Shown: positions 30,684-41,446, counted from the stretch's first letter. The stretch is 64,000 nucleotides of DNA from an uncultured Thermodesulfobacteriota bacterium (GCA_964474975.1 CAYYUX010000002.1:6958-70957); one strand, 5' to 3'. Program-made: numbers and translations. The notes: generated by a model not told the origin, from the letters alone.

Positions 30684-30717
30684 CAGTCACCTGCTCTGCC
30701 AGCTGAGCTACCCGGGA
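30642..30717 (-). tRNA. tRNA-Asn (anticodon GTT)
   Basis: 76-nt cloverleaf. Acceptor TCCCGGG/CCCGGGA. Anticodon stem GGTGA/TCACC with loop CTGTTAA. T-loop TTCGAAT. Encoded CCA. Confidence 0.9.
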
Positions 30718-30799
30718 ATAAAATTTCAGTAAAAGTAAACTATTTTAATACTATATTACGCACCTGTAAGTCAAGGTTTTTTATATTATCCCGGCCAGA

Positions 30800-31603
30800 T
30801 CAGGGCTCACGGTAAAGGTGCACCTGCCTCGGGTCTACCAGTATTACCTCTGCTCTGCCCTTATAGCGGCGCACTACCCCTGTAATTGATAATTCGTGAC
30901 CGGCAAAGCTCGAGGGCTCAATACCTGCATTTTTAAAAGACTTACGGGCGTCTTTAAAAATAACCGCCTTAAAATTAGCGGCATCACCGGCGCCAAACTC
31001 CACAAAAACAACCCGGCCTCTATGCTTAATATCCCTGACAGTCCCTTTTACTCTCACAAACTCGCCAATATGCCTTTCCGCTTCCCCGGGAGCCACTACA
31101 AGAGCCTTATCCTCTCCGCCCTCAGCTCTCCAGATCCCCTTTGCCGAACTCCTCGCCTGCCAGGCAAGCCTCTCCAAAAGCGCCCTTTTCTCAAGGCCGC
31201 AGGGCGGTATAATAAGCGGACGAGCAAGCCCGCGGGAAAGAAGCTCCGCGTTTACAAGTTTGCCACCGGCATAGACCCATACCAGAGTCCTGCCGTACTT
31301 GTCTTTTTTCTCGCCCCTGCACTCCACCACCTCAACTCGCCCGGCCTTCAGAAGAGACTTATTCACATCTCTCGCCTCTTTGAAGAAATCCTCTCCACGT
31401 TCAGGCGTATCCATACCGATATAACGCAGATGCTCGCCACTGTTTATGACTATGGTATCTCCGTCGATTACATACTTTACAGAGACGGCTCTGCCCTCCG
31501 GCTCTTCTCCGGCATGGAGATTCTTAAGGGTGATTTGAAAAAAAATAAGTGTGAGAGTGATGGTAAAAAAAAGATAAACTCGTAAATGCAGAAAAGAGGT
31601 CAA
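30800..31603 (-). CDS. secreted or membrane-anchored thermonuclease (SNase-like) with a C-terminal OB-fold-like domain
   Basis: N-terminal hydrophobic segment. SNase motifs are present (VIDGDTI...GMDTPE...KYGRTLVWVY...NAELLSRGLA). A C-terminal domain of about 110 aa follows. Confidence 0.75.
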   Translation of the reverse strand: MTSFLHLRVYLFFTITLTLIFFQITLKNLHAGEEPEGRAVSVKYVIDGDTIVINSGEHLRYIGMDTPERGEDFFKEARDVNKSLLKAGRVEVVECRGEKKDKYGRTLVWVYAGGKLVNAELLSRGLARPLIIPPCGLEKRALLERLAWQARSSAKGIWRAEGGEDKALVVAPGEAERHIGEFVRVKGTVRDIKHRGRVVFVEFGAGDAANFKAVIFKDARKSFKNAGIEPSSFAGHELSITGVVRRYKGRAEVILVDPRQVHLYREP

Positions 31604-31753
31604 GGCATACCATTTAATGGAGTATTATTAAAAAAACGGCTTGGCCGGATATCGGCTTTGCATCTATAAAAAAACCCCGGAGATGACGTTGTTGCAATGC
31701 GGTCGGGGCGAAACTGGGAGGAAGATATATATATTAGGGACAGCGAGGCTATA

Positions 31754-32302
31754 TTACCATTTTTCTCTCATGATATGTATCTCTTCCTGAAGCATATTTA
31801 TCTCTTTTCCGGCAATACCATCATCATGGATATCCCTTGAAAGGCCTTCATTAATGTCTATAAATTTTGTATCAACGACATTATGGAGCTTATTATACTT
31901 TCTGCTCATATCTTCGAAGTTTCCAAGCAGTGAGTTTAAATTTACTACAAAACGCCTTATGTGAAGGTCATCACCGCGCCTCACAGAGAGCCTACGCGTA
32001 AGATCACCTGAAGAGATAAGCTTCATCTCATTTTCGAGCCGCCTGAAGGGGCCGACGAGTTTATATACGAAAACAGAGCATAACAAGAGAAGAAGAGCGA
32101 TGTAACCGGCGATGAGGACAAGGCCGTAAAAAACAGGACCAAGGTCGTAATGCAGTACTACCCATTGAGAGGCGGCCTGAAGGAGAGTCCCGCCAAGAAG
32201 CGTCACAACAGCAATTACAGCGATTGAAAGCTGTAGCTGTTTTGTGGCGAACATGCCTCGCTGGTTCTTTTGCGCCATCCTGGCCCTATCACCTCCGGAC
32301 AT
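31754..32302 (-). CDS. small membrane protein with a HAMP-like linker and no output domain
   Basis: 182 aa. It has two transmembrane segments followed by an amphipathic HAMP-like segment (GPFRRLENEMKLISSGDLTRRL). Confidence 0.5.
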   Translation of the reverse strand: MSGGDRARMAQKNQRGMFATKQLQLSIAVIAVVTLLGGTLLQAASQWVVLHYDLGPVFYGLVLIAGYIALLLLLCSVFVYKLVGPFRRLENEMKLISSGDLTRRLSVRRGDDLHIRRFVVNLNSLLGNFEDMSRKYNKLHNVVDTKFIDINEGLSRDIHDDGIAGKEINMLQEEIHIMREKW

Positions 32303-32387
32303 TTCCTAGCCCCTTCCTCACTTTATATTACAAATATTGCCGTCTGTCAATACTTCTTAATATTAGCACAGAGATAATTAGTGGAGG

Positions 32388-32403
32388 TGTGACGTGTGTC
32401 ACA
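32388..32403. promoter_or_regulatory. perfect CRP/FNR-type palindrome TGTGA-cgtgtg-TCACA in a divergent promoter region
   Basis: Read from the sequence. It lies about 90 bp upstream of the HAMP gene start and about 105 bp upstream of the AbrB-like gene start. Confidence 0.5.
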
Positions 32404-32503
32404 AGATTAGTCCGAAATTACTTGACGACAAATAATCAGGAACTTAATATATGAAGTATGGAGAAAAATCACCGGGAATGGAGAGCTTAAAAGGAGGATA
32501 CCT

Positions 32504-32704
32504 GTGAAGAGAAAGATAATAAGTATTGGAAAAGGCGCCGAGGGCGTCTCGCTGCCGGAAGAATTCCTTATTGAGCTTGAGCTTATCCCCGGGTCTGAGG
32601 TGGAGATATGTATTGACAAGAAGAAAAAATGGATAATATTGCGTCCCCTACATGGAGAGGATTTTTTAGAGCATTTTAAGGACACAATGGATCATATGGC
32701 ATAG
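32504..32704 (+). CDS. AbrB/MazE/SpoVT-family (swapped-hairpin) small DNA-binding protein, orphan with no toxin partner
   Basis: 66 aa. Contains KIISIGKGAEGVSLPEEFLIELELIPGSEVEI. GTG start preceded by AAAGGAGGA. Confidence 0.6.
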   Translation: MKRKIISIGKGAEGVSLPEEFLIELELIPGSEVEICIDKKKKWIILRPLHGEDFLEHFKDTMDHMA

Positions 32705-32735
32705 CGGCTCCGGCCCCTGAACGCCCGCGCTCCTG

Positions 32736-32756
32736 AAAAATGCCCGGTCTTCGGGC
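32736..32756 (-). terminator. candidate intrinsic terminator for metF, shared with the convergent AbrB-like gene
   Basis: GCCCG-gtctt-CGGGC stem. It is followed on the minus strand by ATTTTT. Confidence 0.4.
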
Positions 32757-32782
32757 GCGCCTTATGCCCTGGAATTAGAGCC

Positions 32783-33664
32783 CTATCCTGCCCCTTCGAC
32801 GATTGGAATTACGCTTCTCTCCTGCCCTATGGCCATGATATGGGCTCCGTGGCAGAACTTCTTAAGCTCTCGCACCTGTCTTGAGGCTATCTCAATGCCC
32901 TTCTGCAGCTGGTCGGGCGCGTCATTAAGCTCTTCTATGTATTTATCGGGAACATTCACGCCGGGGACGTTTTTGTTAAGAAATTCCGCCATCTTAGCGG
33001 ATTTAAGGAGAAGTATACCGCCAAGTATCTTAACCTCGGGAAATTCAGAGATTGCTTCGTCAAAAAATCTCTTGAACCTCTCCATGTCATATATGGCCTG
33101 AGTCTGAAAAAACCTTGCTCCGGCTCTTATTTTCTTGCCGAACTTTATCTCCTCGGGCTCCCATGGCGTTGCCTCCGGGGCGACTACAGCGCCGGTATAA
33201 AACCCCGTGCCTCCCCGAAGCTCCTTGCCATTCAAGTTTTTCCCCTCGTTCAAGCCCCTTAGGGTATCAACAAGCTGAACGGAATCAAGGTCAAATACAG
33301 CCTTAGCACCCCTGTGGTCTCCGGCGCTCACATGGTCGCCTGAGAGGGCAAGGATATTTTTTACTCCAAGGACCCATGCGCCAAGAAGATCTGACTGAAT
33401 GCCTATACGATTTCTATCCCTGCAGGTCATCTGGAATACAGGCTCTATGCCCTCTTTAAGTAGTAACACGGAGCAGGCAAGAGAGCTTAGCCTCATAACA
33501 GCCCGCTGGCTATCAGTCACATTGGCGGCAACTATCGTATCTTTAATAAGGCGGGCCTTCTCCATAAAGGCCGCCGTGTCCGTTCCCCGCGGAGGACATA
33601 TCTCAGCCGTAATAGCAAACCTTCCAGCCTCAAGCTCTGTTCTGAGCTTACTATTCTCTATCAT
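32783..33664 (-). CDS. metF: 5,10-methylenetetrahydrofolate reductase
   Basis: 293 aa MTHFR TIM-barrel. Confidence 0.85.
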   Translation of the reverse strand: MIENSKLRTELEAGRFAITAEICPPRGTDTAAFMEKARLIKDTIVAANVTDSQRAVMRLSSLACSVLLLKEGIEPVFQMTCRDRNRIGIQSDLLGAWVLGVKNILALSGDHVSAGDHRGAKAVFDLDSVQLVDTLRGLNEGKNLNGKELRGGTGFYTGAVVAPEATPWEPEEIKFGKKIRAGARFFQTQAIYDMERFKRFFDEAISEFPEVKILGGILLLKSAKMAEFLNKNVPGVNVPDKYIEELNDAPDQLQKGIEIASRQVRELKKFCHGAHIMAIGQERSVIPIVEGAG

Positions 33665-33678
33665 GCATCAAACTCCCT

Positions 33679-34380
33679 TTAAGACAGGTTCAGCGCAAAA
33701 CTCTCGATAATGGATTGAAAAAGCCTACGGCCATCGGCTCCGCCGAGTATTTCCTCGCTCGCCCTCTCAGGGTGAGGCATCATGCCGAGGACATTTCCGC
33801 CCTCGTTTATGATACCGGCAATATTACCCACTGAGCCGTTGGGGTTGGACTCAGGTGAGACCTCGCCGTCAGAGGTTGAGTACCTGAAGACAACGCCGCC
33901 CCTCTCTGTCAGTGCCTCAAGCTCCTCTCCCTCAAGAAAAAAATTCCCATCTCCGTGTGCAATCGGTAAAGAGATGACCTCGCCTTCTTCATATCCGGAA
34001 GTAAAACTCGTAGAGCAATTTTCCAACCTGAGGCTCACGGAAGAACAGATAAACTTCAGTCCACTGTTTTTCATCAGCGCTCCCGGAAGGAGCCCCGCCT
34101 CTGTAAGTATCTGAAAACCATTGCATATACCGAGGACAAGGCCGCCGCTGCGGGCAAACCTCACCACCTCGGCCATTATGGGCGAAAAACGCGCGATGGA
34201 GCCCGTGCGTAGATAATCGCCGTATGAAAAACCCCCGGGCAGGACTACGCAGTCAAAGCCCTTCAGCTCAGCGGTCCTGTGCCAGACATACTCCGCGTCC
34301 TGGCCCATGACGTGCTTCAAGACATAGTAGCAGTCATGGTCGCAGTTGGAGCCCGGAAATACGATAATTGCGAACTTCAT
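33679..34380 (-). CDS. purQ: phosphoribosylformylglycinamidine synthase subunit PurQ (glutamine amidotransferase)
   Basis: Class-I GATase motifs GICNGFQ and MPHPER. Confidence 0.9.
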   Translation of the reverse strand: MKFAIIVFPGSNCDHDCYYVLKHVMGQDAEYVWHRTAELKGFDCVVLPGGFSYGDYLRTGSIARFSPIMAEVVRFARSGGLVLGICNGFQILTEAGLLPGALMKNSGLKFICSSVSLRLENCSTSFTSGYEEGEVISLPIAHGDGNFFLEGEELEALTERGGVVFRYSTSDGEVSPESNPNGSVGNIAGIINEGGNVLGMMPHPERASEEILGGADGRRLFQSIIESFALNLS

Positions 34381-34417
34381 AAAAAAACCCCTTAATCAGA
34401 GATTATACAAAAAAGCC

Positions 34418-34657
34418 TTAATCGCGCTCTATCCTGTAATCCTCAATAACAGGGTTGGCGAGGAGCTTATCACACATCTCGGCGATTCGCTTTTCCTCAT
34501 CACCGCCGTGGCCATCCTCCATCTCCAACTCCATGAATTTGCCTATTCTCACATCAGTGACTTCGTCAAAATCCATGGATTTAAGAGCGCCGAGCACAGC
34601 CCTGCCCTGGGGGTCGAGGACACCTTTTTTTAACGTAACATATACCCTTACCTTCAT
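34418..34657 (-). CDS. purS: phosphoribosylformylglycinamidine synthase subunit PurS
   Basis: 79 aa. Typical PurS sequence. Confidence 0.9.
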   Translation of the reverse strand: MKVRVYVTLKKGVLDPQGRAVLGALKSMDFDEVTDVRIGKFMELEMEDGHGGDEEKRIAEMCDKLLANPVIEDYRIERD

Positions 34658-35361
34658 GACATCACCTTTTCAAGGACCTCTTCGTAGGCCTCCTCCACGG
34701 AGCCGAGGTCCCGCCTGAACCTGTCTTTATCCATCTTTTCGCCTGTCTCGCTGTTCCATAGCCTGCACCCGTCAGGGGTTATCTCGTCGGCAAGGAGGAT
34801 CGTACCGTCTTCCATTCTTCCAAACTCAAGCTTAAAGTCCACAAGGGTAATGCCGCGGTCGGCGAAGAACTCCTTCAGATACTCATTTACCGAGAAGGCC
34901 CTATCCTTTATCTCCTTAAGCTCTTCTGCCGTACAAAGCCCGAAGGCCGCTACGTGATAACCGTTTATCATGGGGTCTCCAAGGTCGTCATCCTTGTAAT
35001 AAAGCTCAAATACAGTCTTCTCAAGGGCCATGCCCTCGTCAACACCCAAGCGCCTGGCAAGAGAGCCCGCCGTGACGTTACGCATGACAACCTCAAGGGG
35101 GATTATCTCAAGCCTTCGCACCACCATCTCCCTGTCAGAGGGTTTTGATACAAAATGGGTCTTTATGCCGCGCTCCTCAAGATAGTGAAATATCCTTGTG
35201 GAGATGGCATTGTTCATCACGCCTTTATTAACGATGGTCCCTTTTTTCTCACCATTAAAGGCCGTGGCATCGTCTTTGAAATACTGCACCAGAAGCCCGG
35301 GGTCATCTGTGGCGTAAAGTATCTTTGCCTTTCCCTCGTATAACTTATCAAGTTTTTTCAT
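34654..35361 (-). CDS. purC: SAICAR synthetase
   Basis: 235 aa. Begins LYEGKAK. Confidence 0.9.
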   Translation of the reverse strand: MKKLDKLYEGKAKILYATDDPGLLVQYFKDDATAFNGEKKGTIVNKGVMNNAISTRIFHYLEERGIKTHFVSKPSDREMVVRRLEIIPLEVVMRNVTAGSLARRLGVDEGMALEKTVFELYYKDDDLGDPMINGYHVAAFGLCTAEELKEIKDRAFSVNEYLKEFFADRGITLVDFKLEFGRMEDGTILLADEITPDGCRLWNSETGEKMDKDRFRRDLGSVEEAYEEVLEKVMS

Positions 35362-35398
35362 GGCGACAAAATACCTCTCTTTATTTTAAACCTTAATA

Positions 35399-36706
35399 TC
35401 AGGCCCGTCCAAAGACCCGCTTGAATATATAGGAGACATTCTTTATATACGGGGCGATATCAAAGCAGGACTCAATCTCTTCAGGCGTAAGGGAGTTGCC
35501 GACTACCTCGTCCTTCAGTAGTATGGTCTTAAAGTCCACCCCTCCCGCGCCGCCTTTCCATACTTTCATGGCATTACCCTGCACAAGGGCGTAGGCCGCC
35601 TCGCGCGTAAGGCCTTTTCCGGTGAGTTTAAGTAGCACCCTCTGCGAGAATACAAGGCCATGAGAGCGCTCCATGTTGCGCATCATGTTCTTCGGATATA
35701 TAACAAGGCCCTTTAGAAGCCCTGTAATCCTTAGGAGCATGAAGTCAACAAGGGTCGTGGCGTCAGGCCCTATTACACGTTCCACAGAAGAATGGCTGAT
35801 GTCGCGCTCGTGCCAGAGAGCGACGTTCTCAAGAGAGGTCCCGGCGTAGCCGCGCACAAGGCGAGCAAGCCCCGTAAGGTTCTCTGAGAGTATGGGGTTA
35901 CGCTTGTGCGGCATGGCGGAAGAGCCTTTCTGCCCCTTTGTAAAGGGCTCCTCGGCCTCAAGAACCTCTGTCCTCTGAAGGTGCCTTATCTCCACGGCTA
36001 TCTTCTCCATGGAGGCTGAAAGTATGGCGAGGGAGGAAAAAAACTCGGCGTGGCGGTCACGCTGAACCACCTGCGTCGAGACAGGCTCTGCCTTTAACCC
36101 CAAACTCTTAAGGGCGTATTTTTCAACACGCGGATCAACGCTTGAAAAGGTACCAACGGCGCCTGATATCTTACCGTAAGAGATAACCGCACGGGCAGAT
36201 TCCATACGCTCTAAATTACGCCCCATCTCATCATACCACATGGCAAATTTCAGCCCCATAGTAGTAGGCTCTGCGTGTATGCCGTGAGAACGGCCCATCA
36301 TCACCGTCTCTTTGTGCTGTAAGGCTCGTCTCTTCAAAACCGTCCGTAGGGCCTTTACGCGAGAGATGATAATGCCCGCCGCCTCTCGAAGTTGCAGGGC
36401 AAAGGCCGTATCAAGGACATCTGATGAAGTTAGCCCCATGTGAACAAAACGCGATTCCGGCCCAAGGGACTCGGAGACAGATGTAAGAAAGGCGATGACG
36501 TCGTGCTTAACGCTCTTTTCTATCTCGTCTATACGGGCCACATTAAAAGAGGCCTTTTTCGTAATCTTCTTGAGGTCTGTAGCGGAAATTTTACCGAGCC
36601 TCGCCCACGCCTTACAGGCGGCAAGCTCAACATCAAGCCATTTTTCAAACTTTTTCTCCTGACCCCACAGCCCTGCCATCTCCGGCGTAGAATATCTTTC
36701 TATCAA
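35399..36706 (-). CDS. purB: adenylosuccinate lyase
   Basis: 435 aa fumarase/aspartase family. SSAMPHKRNP signature. Confidence 0.9.
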   Translation of the reverse strand: MIERYSTPEMAGLWGQEKKFEKWLDVELAACKAWARLGKISATDLKKITKKASFNVARIDEIEKSVKHDVIAFLTSVSESLGPESRFVHMGLTSSDVLDTAFALQLREAAGIIISRVKALRTVLKRRALQHKETVMMGRSHGIHAEPTTMGLKFAMWYDEMGRNLERMESARAVISYGKISGAVGTFSSVDPRVEKYALKSLGLKAEPVSTQVVQRDRHAEFFSSLAILSASMEKIAVEIRHLQRTEVLEAEEPFTKGQKGSSAMPHKRNPILSENLTGLARLVRGYAGTSLENVALWHERDISHSSVERVIGPDATTLVDFMLLRITGLLKGLVIYPKNMMRNMERSHGLVFSQRVLLKLTGKGLTREAAYALVQGNAMKVWKGGAGGVDFKTILLKDEVVGNSLTPEEIESCFDIAPYIKNVSYIFKRVFGRA

Positions 36707-36789
36707 AACTTTTCATCCTCTCTTATTTTTTTTTACAGGCTTCTCCGCCCCGCTTCTGTAGCCTGCCTACAATACCAAGCCCGACGACA

Positions 36790-37158
36790 TCAGCCCATTA
36801 ACTTGCCCTTCTTTACAGCTTTTTTTATAATTATAAAATCCTTCAGGGCCTTTAACTTCTCTTTCCCTATGCCCCTTACCTTACCTATGTCATTGATGGA
36901 AGAAAACCCCCCTCTTTTCTTCCTCTCGGCAATGATAGCCTCTGCCATCTTCGGACCCACACCGGGAAGAATCATCAGGGTCGGGACGTTGGCTCTGTTT
37001 ATATCCACGGGAAAACCTGGAAAAGGTTCTACATCTCCTGCAGGCGGCCTGCTCCAGGGCTCGGCAACGTGACCGTGATTATATATGATAAAGGCAAGGA
37101 TTAAAATAACGGCAAGAGCTAAAAAGGCCGTGTACCTCTTATCCCTTTCTTTTTTCAT
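36790..37158 (-). CDS. comEA: ComEA-like helix-hairpin-helix DNA-binding protein
   Basis: N-terminal transmembrane segment plus the helix-hairpin-helix motif ([26 protein letters not shown]). 4-nt overlap with the upstream cimA-like gene. Confidence 0.75.
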   Translation of the reverse strand: MKKERDKRYTAFLALAVILILAFIIYNHGHVAEPWSRPPAGDVEPFPGFPVDINRANVPTLMILPGVGPKMAEAIIAERKKRGGFSSINDIGKVRGIGKEKLKALKDFIIIKKAVKKGKLMG

Positions 37159-38768
37159 GGACGGCTTCTCCGCCCGCCTTTACCTCTTTTTTTCTTATCT
37201 TTATAGAGCTTGTACTCGAGGCTGTCCACAAGGGCCTGCCACGAGGCCTCGATGACGTTCTCCGAGACTCCGACGGTGCCCCACTTGTCAATGCCGTCGC
37301 CGGACTCCACAAGAACGCGTACCTTGGCCGCTGTTCCCTGCATGCCGGCGAGGACACGCACCTTGAAGTCTATGAGCCTTACGTCTTTGAGCCCCGGATA
37401 AAACCTCTCAAGGGCCTTTCTAAGGGCCATATCAAGGGCGTTAACAGGCCCCGTACCCTCGGCGGCTGTATGCTCGACTACGCCGTCGACCTCGAGTTTT
37501 ATGGTGGCCTCGGCGTGAGGTATCCTGTCGGCTGACCTCTTCTCGTCAAGGACCCTGAAGCCGTGGAGCTTAAAGTATCTCTTCTTTTTTTTCAAGGCCT
37601 TCTGCACAAGTAGCTCGAAGGAGGCCTCGGCGCCCTCGTACTGAAAACCCTCGTTCTCAAGAATTTTTAAATTTTCGAGGACGTCTTTTATGACCTGCGA
37701 ATCGCTCTTTACGTCAAGACCGAGCTCTTCGGCCTTGCTCACGATATTGGACCTGCCCGATAGGTCCGAGACAAGTACCCGCTGGTGGTTTCCAACGCTT
37801 TCCGGCACAATATGCTCATAGGTGAGAGAGTTTCTAAGCACGGCGCTCACGTGCATGCCCGCCTTATGGGCAAAGGCGCTCTGTCCCACATAGGGCTGAT
37901 GTTTTTTCTGCGATATATTGGCTATCTCGTATACAAACCTTGATGTCTCACGGAGCTTCGCGAGTCTCTCGTCACCAAGGCAATCCCAGCCCATCTTTAA
38001 CTTCAGGGCAGGTATTATGGAACAGAGGTCGGCGTTGCCGCACCTCTCTCCAAAGCCGTTTATCGTACCCTGCACCATAGTCGCTCCCTCCATGACGGCA
38101 CAAAGGCTGTTTCCAACGGCAGTATCAGAGTCGTTATGGGCATGAATGCCGAGCGGGGCTGATAACTCTTCCCTCACATGGGCCACTATCACGGCCACCT
38201 CAAAGGGCAGAGTTCCGCCGTTGGTGTCGCATAAAACAATGTAATCCGCACCCGCCTCGCACGCCGTCTTTATGGACTTCATGGCGTATTTAGCATCGGC
38301 CTTGAAGCCGTCAAAGAAGTGTTCGGCATCAAAAAAGACCTTATCTTTTCTCTTTTTAAGATAAGATACCGTCTCTCCTATCATATCAAGGTTCTCGGCA
38401 AGTGTGACCCTCAAGGCCTTCTGGACGTGCATCTTCCACGATTTACCGAAGATGGTCACAACAGGGGCTCCTGCCCGCAAGAGGTTTTTTACGTTGACGT
38501 CATCGGCTACCTTTACACGCGCACGCCTTGTGGAGCCGAAGCTCACGAGTGTGGAGTTGACGAGCTTTTGCCCCTCCATGGCATTAAAAAACTCAATATC
38601 ACGGGGGTTGGAGCCCGGCCATCCGCCCTCGATGTAATCCACGCCAAGCTCATCAAGGCGAAGCGCCACGCGCACCTTATCCTCGACGGAAAAGGCTACC
38701 TCTTCGGCCTGCGTACCATCACGAAGCGTCGTATCGTAGAGTATTATTTTTTTATTATTATTTCCCAT
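37155..38768 (-). CDS. cimA: (R)-citramalate synthase / 2-isopropylmalate-synthase family enzyme
   Basis: 537 aa with a DRE-TIM barrel (LRDGTQ, HAHND) plus a LeuA-dimer-like C-terminal domain. Its length fits CimA rather than LeuA. Confidence 0.75.
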   Translation of the reverse strand: MGNNNKKIILYDTTLRDGTQAEEVAFSVEDKVRVALRLDELGVDYIEGGWPGSNPRDIEFFNAMEGQKLVNSTLVSFGSTRRARVKVADDVNVKNLLRAGAPVVTIFGKSWKMHVQKALRVTLAENLDMIGETVSYLKKRKDKVFFDAEHFFDGFKADAKYAMKSIKTACEAGADYIVLCDTNGGTLPFEVAVIVAHVREELSAPLGIHAHNDSDTAVGNSLCAVMEGATMVQGTINGFGERCGNADLCSIIPALKLKMGWDCLGDERLAKLRETSRFVYEIANISQKKHQPYVGQSAFAHKAGMHVSAVLRNSLTYEHIVPESVGNHQRVLVSDLSGRSNIVSKAEELGLDVKSDSQVIKDVLENLKILENEGFQYEGAEASFELLVQKALKKKKRYFKLHGFRVLDEKRSADRIPHAEATIKLEVDGVVEHTAAEGTGPVNALDMALRKALERFYPGLKDVRLIDFKVRVLAGMQGTAAKVRVLVESGDGIDKWGTVGVSENVIEASWQALVDSLEYKLYKDKKKRGKGGRRSRP

Positions 38769-38803
38769 CTCACTTCTTCCGCGGCCTCGATAAAGGGCCG
38801 CTA

Positions 38804-40036
38804 TTATCCGCCTACAGCGGACTCTTCGGCAAGACCAAAGGCCTTATGCAGAACCCTTACGGCAAGCTCCATGTATTTTGAGTCCACGACGCAGGATATC
38901 TTTATCTCCGAGGTGGATATCATCTCTATATTTATGCCCTCATCTGCAAGGACGGTAAAGGTCTTTGAGGCGATACCTGCGTGACTCTTCATCCCGGCCC
39001 CTACTATAGAGACCTTGGAAATATCGCGATCGCCTACGACATCACGGGCCTCTATATCCTTTGCCGTCTCTCCCGTAATGGCTACGGCCTCGTCAAAGTC
39101 ACTTTCCGATACAGTAAAGGTAAGGTCCGTCGAGGCGTCCCTGCCTACGTTCTGAACTATCATATCCACGTTGATACCGGCGTCTGTAAGGGGTTTGAAG
39201 ATACGCGCGGCTATGCCGGGCCTATCGGGGACACCGAGGACGGATATCTTTGCCTCGTCTCTCTCATAGGTAATGCCTGAAACCACAACCTTTTCCATCT
39301 CCTCATCCTCCCCTGTCACAAGCGTACCCTCTGCCTCTGTAAAAGAAGACCTTACGAGTACGGGTATAGAATATTTTCTCGCAAACTCCACAGACCTTGT
39401 CTGCAGGACCTTCGCGCCGAGGCTCGCCATCTCCAGCATCTCGTCATAGGATATTTTTTTCAATTTTCTCGCCTCAGAGCATAGCCCCGGGTCTGTAGTA
39501 AAAACACCTTCCACGTCCGTATATATCTCGCATACCTCTGCCTTCAAGGCCGCCGCAAGGGCAACGGCCGTAGTATCGGAGCCGCCCCTGCCGAGGGTGG
39601 CAACATCCCCCTCGGGGGTAACCCCCTGAAAACCCGGCACCACGACTACAAGCCCCTCATCGAGTCTCTTTACTATATTACCAACATCTATATCCTTTAT
39701 ACGCGCAGAGCCGTGCTCATCATCAGTAATTATAGGTATCTGATGGGCAAGGAGCGAGACTGCCGGCCGGCCCATCTCCTGCAGGGTCATGGCAAGGAGC
39801 CCCGCAGAGACCTGCTCGCCGCTTGATACGATTACATCGTACTCACGGCCAACGGGGTTTGGGGCGGCCCCCGAAGCAAGCTCGATAAGCCTGTTAGTCT
39901 CGCCCGACATGGCGCTTACGACTACGACAATAGAGTTACCCTCGGCCACAGCTCCGGCCACACGCTCCGCGACTCTTCGAATCCTTTCAAGGGTGCCAAC
40001 GGAAGTGCCGCCGTATTTCTGAACGATAATAGACAA
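38804..40036 (-). CDS. lysC: aspartate kinase
   Basis: 410 aa. Begins VQKYGGTSV and has two C-terminal ACT domains. Confidence 0.9.
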   Translation of the reverse strand: MSIIVQKYGGTSVGTLERIRRVAERVAGAVAEGNSIVVVVSAMSGETNRLIELASGAAPNPVGREYDVIVSSGEQVSAGLLAMTLQEMGRPAVSLLAHQIPIITDDEHGSARIKDIDVGNIVKRLDEGLVVVVPGFQGVTPEGDVATLGRGGSDTTAVALAAALKAEVCEIYTDVEGVFTTDPGLCSEARKLKKISYDEMLEMASLGAKVLQTRSVEFARKYSIPVLVRSSFTEAEGTLVTGEDEEMEKVVVSGITYERDEAKISVLGVPDRPGIAARIFKPLTDAGINVDMIVQNVGRDASTDLTFTVSESDFDEAVAITGETAKDIEARDVVGDRDISKVSIVGAGMKSHAGIASKTFTVLADEGINIEMISTSEIKISCVVDSKYMELAVRVLHKAFGLAEESAVGG

Positions 40037-40045
40037 GATAAAAAC

Positions 40046-41446
40046 CTATCTCTTTTTTCTTCCCATTTTATGAATGGCCTCGCCATGCGCATCACCTGCG
40101 GCCTCAAGGACAAGCTCCGGCAGGGTTGGATGGGCATGCACCGTCTCCATTATATCCTTTACCTTCAGCCCCGCCTTTACGGCCAAGGCAACCTCAGAGA
40201 TAATATCCGTGGCATGGCCCCCGACTATTGAGGCGCCGAGGACAACGTCCGTGCCTTTATCTGCGAGTAGCTGAACAAAGCCCTCGGTCTCTCCCATGCC
40301 CATGGCCTTGCCACTCGCGGCGTATGGAAACCTCCCAACGCTCACATCAATACCCCGCTCTTTTGCATCGCTTTCCTTCAACCCCACGCTCGCTATCTCA
40401 GGGTCTGTGAAAATTCCGTAAGGTATGACAGAGTAATCCATTTTAAGGTCTTTGCCAAGGGCATTGGCCGCGGCTATCTCCCCCTGAGTCGAGGCCACAT
40501 GGGCAAGGAGCATCTTCCCCGTCACATCTCCTATGGCGTAAACTCCCTTAACCGTTGTCTCAAGCCTCTCATCCACAACGATCCTGCCCCTCTCAACCTC
40601 TATACCGGCCTCGTCAAGTCCAAGCCCCGTGGAGTTAAAGGCCCTGCCGATAGAGACAAGGACCTTCTCCGTAATAAATGTCCTGCCGTCTTTCAGAGTG
40701 GTCTTTACCCTTTTTTCACCGGCAACGGTAACGTCCTCTACCTGTACGCCGGCCATTACGGTAACGCCGCCAGTCTTAAAACCCTTGGCAATAAGGCGCG
40801 AGACCATGCGATCTTCTGTTGCGAGTATACTGTCAAGGAGTTCCACGACGATGCAGTCCGTGCCGAAGGCCGAAAAAATCGTAGCGAACTCACAGCCCAT
40901 TACGCCGCCGCCGATGATGAGCATGCTCTCGGGGACCTCTGTAAGGTTAAGGGCCTCTGTGGAGGTTATGACGTTCTTACCGTCTATATTAAATGCCGGT
41001 ATAAGGGCGGGCTCCGAGCCCGTGGCGATGATGACGGCATCGGCTGAGATGGTCTCGGCCTCACCGCTTTCGTCCATTACCCTCACCTTACCGGCCCCTT
41101 CTATAAACCCCCTGCCCTTAAAGACCTCGACTTTATTCCCCTTAAGGAGTCCCGCCACACCGCCTACGAGTTTATCGACAATACCATCTTTTCGTTCTAC
41201 GGCGCGGGCCATGTTGAATTTTACCGTTCCTGTATCCACGCCGAACTCTGCCGCCTCTTTCACGGCCTTTATCCGCAGGGCCGAGTAATAAAGGGCCTTC
41301 GTAGGTATACAGCCCCGGTTCAGGCAGGTGCCTCCAAGGCTGTCTTTTTCTATAAGGGCGACTTTGCCGCCAAGCTGAGCGCCTCGTATGGCCGCCACAT
41401 AACCGCCGGGGCCGCCGCCTATGACTACAAGATTAAATTCTTTCAT
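40046..41446 (-). CDS. lpd: dihydrolipoyl dehydrogenase
   Basis: GGGPGGY motif and the redox disulfide GGTCLNRGCIPTK. Confidence 0.9.
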   Translation of the reverse strand: MKEFNLVVIGGGPGGYVAAIRGAQLGGKVALIEKDSLGGTCLNRGCIPTKALYYSALRIKAVKEAAEFGVDTGTVKFNMARAVERKDGIVDKLVGGVAGLLKGNKVEVFKGRGFIEGAGKVRVMDESGEAETISADAVIIATGSEPALIPAFNIDGKNVITSTEALNLTEVPESMLIIGGGVMGCEFATIFSAFGTDCIVVELLDSILATEDRMVSRLIAKGFKTGGVTVMAGVQVEDVTVAGEKRVKTTLKDGRTFITEKVLVSIGRAFNSTGLGLDEAGIEVERGRIVVDERLETTVKGVYAIGDVTGKMLLAHVASTQGEIAAANALGKDLKMDYSVIPYGIFTDPEIASVGLKESDAKERGIDVSVGRFPYAASGKAMGMGETEGFVQLLADKGTDVVLGASIVGGHATDIISEVALAVKAGLKVKDIMETVHAHPTLPELVLEAAGDAHGEAIHKMGRKKR

